The position numbers and the translations under genes are program-made. From NCBI GenBank assembly GCA_963840035.1, contig CAWIXE010000003.1, positions 352,001-416,000 of the forward strand: 64,000 nucleotides of DNA, written 5' to 3'. Every line of letters begins with the position of its first letter. Positions within the stretch are counted from its first letter, which is position 1. Origin of the DNA: a candidate division FCPU426 bacterium. Lineage in GTDB: Bacteria; Oederibacteriota; PGYV01; Palsa-1178. Shown here piece by piece: positions 9,801 to 21,200 of the stretch. The notes beneath the pieces were generated by a model. The model had not been told where the DNA came from and made no database searches. It saw nothing but the letters and a program-made list of their open reading frames with translations.

Positions 9801-11804
9801 TTATTTTAACAGCAATAATACACACTTCTTTTCTATACTCTGGTTCCTGTTGCTCAATATCAGGCAATAATAATAAGTTCCGGCAGCCAGCCCTGAAGTA
9901 ACTGCCGGTCCAACCTGAAATGAATTTGTCCCGGGGCCATATTTTTCGTTCAGCGTTATTTTTCTTATTAACCTTCCCGATACCGTATATAACTTTAATT
10001 CCGTTTTTTCAGCGGTGCCGCTTATGCGAAATCCTATGGTAATGCCGGAACTTTTTACGGATGGATTCGGGTAGCAGTAAACCGGCCTGGTTCCTACAAA
10101 GGCAAGTCCTTCATTTAATACAACCGTAACAGTTGATGTGGCAGTGGCGGAAGCTGCCGGGACTGCCGTGACAGTCGATGATGGCGGCGGGGTGATGGTA
10201 AAAGTAGGCGTATTTAAAGGCAAAACAGTGCGCGTGCTGGTTGACGTGGCCGTGGAAGTAAAGCTGAAAGTGGGTGTAAATGACGGGCTGTTTTGGGCGG
10301 TTGGCGTCTCTGTGACGGTATGAGTTCCTGTAATTAACGCTGTTATTGTATTAGACGGTGAAACGGAGATTACAGGGGAGCATACCGCTGTAACTGAAGG
10401 TGTGGCTGTAAAGCAGGCGGTACTTACTGAGGTTAAAGTTTGCGCAGCTGTCGCTGTGGCGGTTTGTGAGGCTGTTATTTCAACGGTTAAGGTATAAGTC
10501 GCTGAAGCAGTGGCGGTTTTTGTGCGCGATGATGTAAATGTAGCGGAGGGTACAGGCGTTGCTGTCTTTGTGGCTGTAAGCGTGGAAGTATTTGCGGCGG
10601 TTGAGGTCAGGGTGTTTGTGGGCGTTGGCGTATAAGTCGCTGTCACAACCGTTGTAAATGTTTTTGTCTGTGTGCGCGTAAAAGTTTTTGTGGCCGCCGG
10701 TGTGTGGGTCTTTGTCACAACCTGCGTAAATGTTTTTGTCGCGGCAGCGGTAAATGTCTTGGTGGAGATTGGGGTAAAAGTCCTTGTGGCAGCCGGCGTG
10801 AATGTTTTTGTTGACGCAGGCGTATTTGTCTTGGTGGGGACCGGGATGCTGCACGCGCCGCCGTTTAACACAAGCGCGGCCGGAAGAATGGAGGCGTCAA
10901 TGGCGGCGTTGAAATTATTGCCGCTCTGCACCAGGCCTGTGCAGCACGGACAATTGTACCAGCCGTTTAATACGCCATCCTTACGGAACCACTTGACCTT
11001 ATTATTTATAACTGAAATTGATGAGCCTTCGCAGGGAAAGCCGGCCGCGATCTCGCTGGCTAAGCCTACGTACAGCCCTACGTTCGTCCATGCCTGCCTG
11101 GCCCCGTATATCTGGTTGTTTTTTATCGTAATGTTATATCCCGCGGGGCAGCCTATGCCGTACTGGCCCACATCGACCAATATATTGTCCTCCACGCGCA
11201 GGTCATGGCCGCCGTTATCCCCGAGCATGATGCCTCCGCCCGAAGTGCTCGGCCCGCCGCCGCGCAGTTTATTGCCGATTATCTGGATAGGGTCGGCTGA
11301 TGTGCCAGCTGAGGCGTACATGTTTATGAGGTCTTCCGGCGAACCCGTGCCGAAGGTATGGTCCAGGATGTTGTAATTGACCCGGTTGCCCGTGCCTGAG
11401 CAGGTGTTGAACTGGACCATCTGACCGCGCGGCTTGGCGCCCGCTATGTTTTTAAAACTGTTGCATGAAACGTCAATGCCGCCCGTGCAATTGACGGCAT
11501 AAACGCCGCTGCGGAAATTCTCGAAATAGCCTCCTGAAATCTTCACGTTCGAGCAGTTCATCAGCTGCACGCCGATGATGTCCTTGGTAAGGTAAAAGCC
11601 GCAGTTAATAATCTCGACGTTTGTGCAGTTGGTAAGGTATATGGCCGCGCCATTCACGCCCGCGGTAAAACTTTTACCGCTTATTATGATATTTGACTGG
11701 CCGCTTAAGGTAATGGGGGATGACGCGGTATAAGCGGAAACAAAGCAGGGGTATAAACCGCAAAAGAATATCAACAGCAGTTTTATATAATGTAGTTTCC
11801 TCAT
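9801..11804 (-). CDS. Secreted protein: right-handed parallel beta-helix domain, Thr/Pro-rich linker, T9SS type-A-like C-terminal domain
   Basis: Signal peptide; beta-helix repeats (IYLTNCTNVEI, VQLMNCSNVKI); C-terminal CYPNP...LYTVSGRLIR...LAAGTYYY...LLLLK. Confidence 0.8.
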   Translation of the reverse strand: MRKLHYIKLLLIFFCGLYPCFVSAYTASSPITLSGQSNIIISGKSFTAGVNGAAIYLTNCTNVEIINCGFYLTKDIIGVQLMNCSNVKISGGYFENFRSGVYAVNCTGGIDVSCNSFKNIAGAKPRGQMVQFNTCSGTGNRVNYNILDHTFGTGSPEDLINMYASAGTSADPIQIIGNKLRGGGPSTSGGGIMLGDNGGHDLRVEDNILVDVGQYGIGCPAGYNITIKNNQIYGARQAWTNVGLYVGLASEIAAGFPCEGSSISVINNKVKWFRKDGVLNGWYNCPCCTGLVQSGNNFNAAIDASILPAALVLNGGACSIPVPTKTNTPASTKTFTPAATRTFTPISTKTFTAAATKTFTQVVTKTHTPAATKTFTRTQTKTFTTVVTATYTPTPTNTLTSTAANTSTLTATKTATPVPSATFTSSRTKTATASATYTLTVEITASQTATATAAQTLTSVSTACFTATPSVTAVCSPVISVSPSNTITALITGTHTVTETPTAQNSPSFTPTFSFTSTATSTSTRTVLPLNTPTFTITPPPSSTVTAVPAASATATSTVTVVLNEGLAFVGTRPVYCYPNPSVKSSGITIGFRISGTAEKTELKLYTVSGRLIRKITLNEKYGPGTNSFQVGPAVTSGLAAGTYYYCLILSNRNQSIEKKCVLLLLK

Positions 11805-12227
11805 TGCTCCTCCTTAAGATTAACCGGTTAAGCAGAAGTATAACTTATTCCGGCTGTAAAAGTCAAGAAAAAGCATGATTTAATTTTAAGGCAGGATATC
11901 TTTACAGCCATACATGCCGAATATTACCACAAAAGCAGTCGGGTTTAACCAGCCCTAAAAGCGTAATTTTAGGGAAACTATTTCATGCCTGATGCTGTCT
12001 AATTATTATAGTAAAAAAAGGTTTTTACGGGCAAATAACATAATTGCCTTTATAAATAAAGAAAAAACAGTAAAATCGTCAAAAACGCGAAAATGCGATA
12101 TTTTGCGTTTTGTATCTTAAATCACTTGATTTTAGGGGTGTTTATTATACAATTGTTATTGCGTCTTCACTATTATATGCGCATTTTATTTTAATGCCCA
12201 TGTGAAGGCGAAAAAAGGGGTTATATT

Positions 12228-15200
12228 TTGGCGGCAAGGAAACTACATAGTTTCCAGAGATTGATTCTATTGCTATCTTTATTTACGGCTATTTTTCTGC
12301 CTGCTTACCTGAACGCGGGCGTTTTAGTCATGGAAAAATCGAGCACAAAGTTTATCGCCGCCATGGGCGAGACGGTAAATTACTGCATCACCATAAACCC
12401 CCAGTACGTCACCCCCAAAGCGGATATAATCTGGGTCATAGACCGCAGCGGGTCCATGTCGTACGGCATAGACAACATCCTTGCCAACATGCGCTATTTT
12501 ACCGAACAGTTAACCGGAAGGAAGATAGACTACAGGCAGGGGCTTGTAACTTTTGTCGACGGTTTTTATGACAATTACGGTTTTGCGGACAATGATGACA
12601 AATTTAAAAGCTGGCTCGCGGACATACCCGTGGGAGGCGGCATAGAGCCTGATCTTGAAGCGCTATATGAGGCAAATAATGTGCCGTGGAGGCCGGACGC
12701 TTCAAAGACCATGATACTTATCACTGACGAAGGCATTCCCTGCGCTGAGGCTGGCGGCGACCCGCTTTATGTCAGCCTAACCGCCAGCGACCTTTATTCG
12801 CAGGGTGTCATCATACACGCCATAACTTACAACCCTTCAATCGCCGGTTATGAGTCCTATAAGTGCAACCCGAAATTCCTGCCTCCTTTAGCGGGCGGCG
12901 TCTGGCTGGACTATAACACTCCGCCGTCCGGATGGAATGTATTCCTGCAGATATTAGGCGAAGCCATAGCCACGATGAATGACGTGAAAATAACGGACCC
13001 TGTGCCGCCGGATTTAATACCCGTGCCGGGAAGCGCGGGTACCGGGGTAATAACCGGCAATGAAATCGTATGGAACTTCACGCAGGTTGACAGGGGCGCG
13101 CCTTTCCAGGTGTGTTTTGACGCAGTGGTAAATACGCCTTTCTACAACACTGTCTCAAACACGGCTTACGGACAGGCCTCAGGCATAAGCAGGACAGCTT
13201 CAAACTCGGTTTTCATAAACATGGCGACATTTACCTCGACACCGACTTATACATGCACGCCGACATTTACTGCCACGCGCACATATTCAAATACTAAGAC
13301 GGCAACATCCACCAGGACGCCGAGCATGACCCGCACGCACACGCATACTCCGAGCGCGACAAAAACAATCACGGATACGGCCACACCGAGCGCTACAAGA
13401 ACCGGGACTAAGACCGTTACTGAAACGTGCTCGCCTTCTGATACGAGCACTGCCACGCCGACTGCCACCCAAAGCGCTACACAGACAATCACAAAGACAG
13501 CCACGCCGACATGTACTGATACTCCAACAGTGTCGCCCACATACACGGGGACAATAACGCGCACAGCAACACCGACTTCCACGCCGACTTATACACGGAC
13601 TGCTACAGGCACCTATACCATAACGGCTACGGGCACGCAGCAGGCGACATATACTGACACACCAACACCTACAGCCACGGCGACTAAGGATGTGGATCAT
13701 TACATTATCGGGGCGCCGGCAAGCGTTCCCGCGGGCGTGCCTTTTTACATAACAGTCACGGCAATTACAAGCACATGGTACGGCAGCCTCGTCGCGGATA
13801 ATTACGCGGGGACCGCTTTCTTCGCGACAAGTTCGCCGCTTTATTCGCTGCCTGCGAATTACACATATATACCGGCTTCTGATTATGGTTCGCATATTTT
13901 TCAGGTGACGCTGATGACGCCGGGGATGCAGTCGGTTACCGCCACTGATACAGTGGACGCGTCTGTCACGGGGCTGGCAAACATACTTGTGACATCGGGC
14001 AATGCCGCGTATTTCACCATAGACGCGCCGGCAACCGCGGTAGCGGGCGATGTCTTCTACATAACAGTCACGGCGAAGGACGCGTATAATAACGTAGTTA
14101 CCGGCTATACCGGCACCGCCGGGTTTGAATCCACGGACGCGCAGTGGGTATCCCCGGGAGACGTGCCGTTTTACGCCGCGGATCAGGGAAAAAAGATACT
14201 TGCGGTCACTATGAAGACTTCGGGCATACAAAAAATATACTGCGAAGACATCATGAACAGCGCCATAAACGGGACCAGCAACGATATCATAATAACGCAC
14301 TCGGTTATCTCGGGCTTTACAGTGTCGGCGCCGACCATAGTCAATACCGGCACGCAGTTTACCTATGTGGTAACCGCGCGCGACGCTTATAACAACGTAA
14401 TAGAAGACTATACAGGCACTGTTCACTTCACATCCACTGACGGCGGCGCAACACTTCCCGCAAATTATACATTCCTGCCGTCCGACTCGGGCTCCAGGAT
14501 ATTCACAGGCGCGCTTGCCGCAAACGGGACACAGTACATATCGGTTAATGACACCCTGCAGCCTTTAAGCGCCGGCACCAGCAACGCGATTAACGCTGTC
14601 ACGCCGCCCACGCAGTACAACAGGCCGCTGCTTTTAACTTCGTACCTTACGCAGCCAAACCACTACGAGTTCTGTTACATAAGGATTGACGACAGAAACT
14701 TTACATTTACCTCAACCGCCAACTATCTGGAGTATGATGTTTACGTCCCTGATTACAGTTCCAACTTCTACTGTTCCACGGAATTTCAGGATGGCGTTTA
14801 CCCGGGCGACGGTAATGACATGAGGGATTATGGACAGACAACTCAGGATTACATAAAGGACCAGAACGGCATAAGGATACACCCGTCCATGGACATATCC
14901 ATATTTGCCAAGGGAAAATGGTACCACAGGAAATTTGACGTAAGTTCGCTGCAGCCGACGGGATATTACAGCAACGGCTTCCTCTCGCAGGACACGGGTA
15001 ATATAGGATACAATGGTGCGCCTTCAAATAACGCGGGTACTTTCAACGCTTTTTTTAACAACATTGCCGTAAAAACATCCGGGGGAACTGTTGTGCATAA
15101 TGTCTTTTCCAACGACACCACGATGAAAATTGGCGGCGGCGTGGTGTACAGCGGCATGACAAACCCTTCCTGGCGGACAGACGCAACTTATCCGCTTGAT

Positions 15201-18200
15201 AATTACGTGTGGATCATAGACGGCTGGAGGGGCTGGGTTACCCCGGCCGCCGCAATTACCGCGGACGGATACCAGTGCGCCACTATAACGGCTTATGTGT
15301 GGGCTCCTAACAGCGGGGCAAATACAAAAGTAGCCTACGCCATGATAGATTTCAAATCAGACAGGCCCGAGGATGTCATCGAGCCCATAACAGTCAGCTT
15401 AAACACCAGGGCTATCACGGACTGGAACGGCAACGCTTTTGCCAGGATAAAATCCACAAAACCCGGCGCCGCTAACGTAACCCTTTCCATGGGGCCGTAT
15501 ACAAGGATAGTCACGGTAAACTTCACGGCTGCTCCGGCAAATAAGGTGGTCATTTCACCGGCTAATGTAAATACGCAGACGGGAGTTTCAAGCACTCTTG
15601 GCATAAAAATAACGGATGTAAACGGCAACTTCATATCCGATGGCAGGACTATTAATATAAGCTCTTCTTCAGCGACCATGGTATTTTCTGCGGACAACGG
15701 GTCCACCTGGACTTCCACGGTTTCCGTGACAGGCACGCTCTCCAGGTCCATACTTGTCAGGGACAGCGCGTCAGGCACGGCCACGGTTACAGCGTCCGCA
15801 ACAGGTTTGGCCCCGGGCACAGCGACCATAAACGTAAATAACAGCCCGGCTGTGAAACTCGTGATAGTGCCTCAAAACAGCGCCTCAACAGCAGGGGCTT
15901 CAGTGGCCTTCACAGTGCAGGCAAAGGACGTTTCAAATAATAACGCGAATTCAAACGCCGCCGTGCATTTAAGTTCGGCGTCTACGACCATGTATTTTTC
16001 ATCCGACGCCGCGAACTGGTACCAGACGCTGGATGTAAATTTAATATCAGGTTCGCTGCCCGTGTATTACAGGGAAACAAAAGCCGGGGCAAACGTGACC
16101 ATAACCGCGCATGACAACGCCGCGCTTTTATCCGACGGCAAAGGCTACGCGACGACCGCGGTGGGAGCAGCCGCGTTCCTGGACGCCACCGCGAACATTT
16201 ACGCGGTAACAGCCGGCAGGTGGGTGACCATCACGGCATCGGTCACGGACGCTTATGGAAATCCGGTGGCAAACAGGACAATAACATTCACCCCCATGGT
16301 GCAGGGCGGCAAGACGCAGGATGCCAGGTTAAATAACGCGGCTGACATGATTTCCGTTTCCGGAACAACTGACGCGCAGGGAAAATTAATAGCGTGGTTT
16401 AAGACAAGCACTGACGTCGACGGCTCCATGAACTATTGCGTAGTAAATACCGCCGGGCTCCTCGGAAAGACCGTTACAATCTCAGCCTCGGACACGGCGG
16501 GCAGGCTTTCATTCCTGCCCAACCCCATGTCGCTCGGCGCCGATAAGATAGGCGTGCTTAACATAAACGCGAAGGACGCGAACGGATATAACGCCCCGGC
16601 GCCGGCCGGACATGAACCCACGCATATTTACGCGAATGTCACAAGCGTCCTGTTTTCAATTGACAACGGCCTTAACTGGTATGTGTCGGTCACGCCCACG
16701 CTTAACTCAAGCGGCGCGGCCACAGTAAACGTAAAAACCCATAACACCGGGACTTATTACATAATGGCCAGGGATTTAAACGCGGGCGCGGGGCATCTCT
16801 CAGACGGCGCCAATACGCTTAATGTTTCAACGGGATACTTTGTGTCGGTTGCGCCTTCGGCTGCTGCAACAGCAGCCGCTGGTTCGGGCGTTACTGTTAC
16901 GGCAAGGATAGTGGACCAGAACGGCGCGTTCGTGGCCATGCAGGGAGTGCGCGTGCAGTTTACAACGGACAACGGATTTATAAACCCGGCGGAAGCATAC
17001 ACTGACGCAGCGGGTATGGCGCAGTCGCTGCTCACGCTTTCCATATTATCGAACATACAGCACAAAGTTAGCGTAACCATATCAAATCCTGACGACACAA
17101 AGACATCCGGAACAATAACATCCCTGCCTGTCGTCTCATACTCGATCACATCGCCTTCGCAGGTTTACAGGGGCGAGCCTTTCTGGGTAACGCTCAGGGC
17201 AAAGGACGCCAACGGGATAAAAGTGGACAACTACGCGGGAGAAGTCACATTTACATCCAATGACCCGCTCGCGGCGCTGCCGTCAAATTACATTTACCAG
17301 ATTGGGGACGCCGGCGTAAAATTATTCCAGGTGAGCTTAAATACAAACGGCGTAAAAAATATATCGGCAATACAGGCTGACAGCTCGTCGGTATCCGGGA
17401 CCAGCCAGAACATACTGGTGCTTGACCCGCCTACGGCGACATATACCTCCACGCCGACATACACGCCTACATTTACGTCAACGGCGACAAAGACCATAAC
17501 ACAGACCATAACACAGACAGCCACGCCGTCCGTTACGCCGTCAGTAACGCAGACAGTTACAGGGACTGTAACCCAGACCATAACAGCCACAATAACACAG
17601 ACAGCCACACAAACAGTGACGCCAACTATTACGCAGACGCACAGCGTATCGCCCACCATAACCGCAACGCCGACATTCACATTTACGGCGACGGAGACGA
17701 TAACTCAGACAATGACAGGGACATTTACCAATACTCCGACATTTACATGGACGCCGACTGCCACGCAGACAGCAACCGATGAGGATACAGCCACATTTAC
17801 AGTGACGCAGACCATAACGCAAACGCAGACACCTTATGAATCGCCGACAGATACATGGTCACAGACCGCGACGCCGACTGAGACTTACACGGACACTCCG
17901 GATTATTCGGCCACGCCGACACAAGAAGACACACTGGAGCCGACTCAGACATGGACGGAAACTGAAGTGGTCACCGACACTGTCACACACACATCCACGC
18001 CGACATTCACGGCCACAAAAACAAACAGCCCCGACTGGACCGCTACGCCTTCATATACAATTACTGATTCTCCGACAATGACCGCGACTCCGACCGTGAC
18101 CGTCACGCCCATACCGCAGGATATTTATGAAAATGACGACACTTACTTAAATGCCAAACCCATATACAGCTACATAAGGCAGACGCATAACATTGTTCCG

Positions 18201-21200
18201 GCAAATGACGTGGACTGGATGGTATTTACGCTTTCCTCATTCGCGCAGGTTATCATAGAAACATCAGGCGTGCCGGCTGATACGCAGATGTGGCTCTACA
18301 GCGCGGCGGGTGTGCCGTTGACATATTTAAATTACGACGATGACAGCGGAAGCGGCGCGTATTCAAAGATAGAAGCCATGCTTGACGCGGGGACTTACTA
18401 TATAAAGGTGCAGGAGTTCGGGCAAAATGACATCGTTACCCAGTATTTTGTTGACTTAACCGTAATAGGCACGGACGTTTATGAAAATGATAATGTTTAT
18501 ACATCGGCCTCAACAATTACCAACGGGGAAACGCAGAATCACAGCATATACCCGGCAAACGACACTGACTGGGTGAAGTTTGATGTGGCTGTGACTTCCG
18601 TCGTGACTTTACAGACATCAGGCGACGGCTACGGCGACACTGTCATGTACCTGTATAATTCGGCGGGAGTGCCGGCTTCATACATGACATACGACGACAA
18701 CAACGGCGGAGTGCTCTGGTCGAAGATAACCGCCACGCTCGGGCCGGGGACTTACTATGTGAAGATAAACGAGAACGGCATGAACAGCCAGATAGGCCTG
18801 TATCATTTGACCCTTAATATGACGCAGTCTACTCCTACACCAACCTTTACCCCGCTTGTCGGGGATTCTTATGAAAATGACGACACATACACAAACGCTT
18901 CGGAAATATTAAGCGGGGTACAGCAGCAGCACTCCATACATACAGCTTCGGATGTGGACTGGGTCAAGTTTACCATCGACGCGAATTCGGTTGTGACTAT
19001 ATCCACTTCAGGGTTATCCGGCGACACGCAAATATACCTTTATAACTCGGCGGGCGTGCCGGGCACATACTACGCATACGACGATAATGGCGGCATAGGT
19101 TTCTTTTCGGGAATGACCAGGACTTTAACGCCCGGGGTTTATTACCTCAAGATACAGGAAAACGGGCAGAACGCGGTGATATCCTCATACTATGTCAGCG
19201 TGGATATCGGCGTAATCACGCCCACATACACTCCCACGGTTGTTTTAGGCGACTCTTACGAGGTGGACAATACATTTAACAACGCGAAGGTCATAGACTT
19301 AGGAACCACTCAGGCGCATTCCATACACGCCATGGGCGATGCTGACTGGGTAAAATTCACCGTGACGCAGGAATCAATAATCACCATTGAAACGTCAGGC
19401 TCGCTTTCAGACACTGAAATGTGGCTGTATGACAATCTCATGGTGCCAACGACACAGCTGGCTTATGACAATGACAGCGGCTCAGGGCTCTTCTCGGCGA
19501 TTACGCGGCAACTCGTGCCCGGTATATACTACATAAAAGTGGGCGAGTACGGCAATAACGCCACAATAGATAATTATAATATTTCCGTCAGCGCGCTGGT
19601 CATAACGCCGACACTCACGCCGACGCCGGCCATGGCTGACGCGTATGAAACAGACGACCTCTACACATCCGCGACATGGCTATATGAAGGCGCTGATCAG
19701 GAGCACAGCATACACACAAATACTGACACTGACTGGGTCAAGTTTACCATTGGCACCGGCGCTACAGTTGTCATTGAAACGTACGGAACGGCAGGGGATA
19801 CGATAATGAGCCTTTATAATTCCACAGACGTCCCGTCAACACCGATAATAACTTCAGACGGCGGAGGCACGGGGCAGTTCGCGAAAATATCATACGTGCT
19901 CCCGGCAGGAACATATTATGTTAAGGTACAGGAAAGCGGGCAGAACGCGGTGGTAGGGCAGTATTTCATAAAACTTTATGTGTCCCAGGACACGCCGACA
20001 GCTACTGCCACTAATACACCGGCATCCGGGGACGCGTATGAATACGACGGTACTTATCTCACGGCAAAAACAATTACAAGCGGAATATCGCAGATACACT
20101 CCATATTCCCGTCAGGGGACTCTGACTGGGTAAAGTTTGACGTAACAGGGCCTTCCACTGTCACGCTTGAAACCTCCGGAACCACAGGCGGAGACACGGT
20201 GCTTTACCTTTATAATGCGGCAGGGGCGGCGTCAGGCACATCCCTTGCGGTTAATGACGACGGAGGCACAGGTTACTGGTCAAAAATAACATACGCTATC
20301 ACAACGCCTGGTACGTATTACGCGCGCGTGGTGGAATACTCAAATTACTACACCATATCAAGCTACTACCTGTCGCTCACAATAGTCCCGCAGATGTCGC
20401 CGACGCAAACGCCGTATTACTCGCCGACGTCTACTGTGACGCCTTCATCCACTTCGACTGAGACTGAAGTTTACACCCCGACCGCGACTTCCACTGTTAC
20501 CATCACCATAAATGAAGCGGTTGATAACAGCGCGCTGGTATTTACAACCGCGGGCAACGCAGTGTGGGCCGGCATAACCGGGTTTGGCTATTCGGATAAT
20601 GATTCGGCAAAGAGCGGGGCCATAGGCGACAACATGCAGTCATACGTTCAGACAACAGTTGCCGGCCCTGGGTTGATAACATTCTGGTGGAAAGTTTCAA
20701 GTGATGCCGCTGATACGCTTACGCTTTATGACGGGAAAAATGTGATACAGTCCATAAGCGGCGATGTTGACTGGGAGCAGGTTTCTTACGCGGTACCTTC
20801 AGGTACGCATGCCATAAAATGGGAATATTCAAAGGACGCGTCTGTCTCCGGCGGGCTTGATACGGCCTGGCTGGATATGGTTGAATTTACTTACATGACT
20901 CCCACGGATACTCCGGAGATGACAGCTACTGCTACGCCGACATTTACAGTTACGCCTGCGCCCACAATAAGCATTCCCGAGGCGGTGGATAATTTCACCC
21001 TCACATATGATACCTATGGCGCGGCCCGGTGGTTCGGGGAGTCCGCGGTATCATATTACGGCGGGGACGCGGCCCAAAGCGGCGCGGCGGGCAACAGCCA
21101 GTATTCATATATGGAAACTAACGTAACCGGCCCTGGCGTATTCAGTTTCTACTGGAAAGTATCCTCGCAGTCAGGCGGGGATTACCTGCTGCTCTACATA

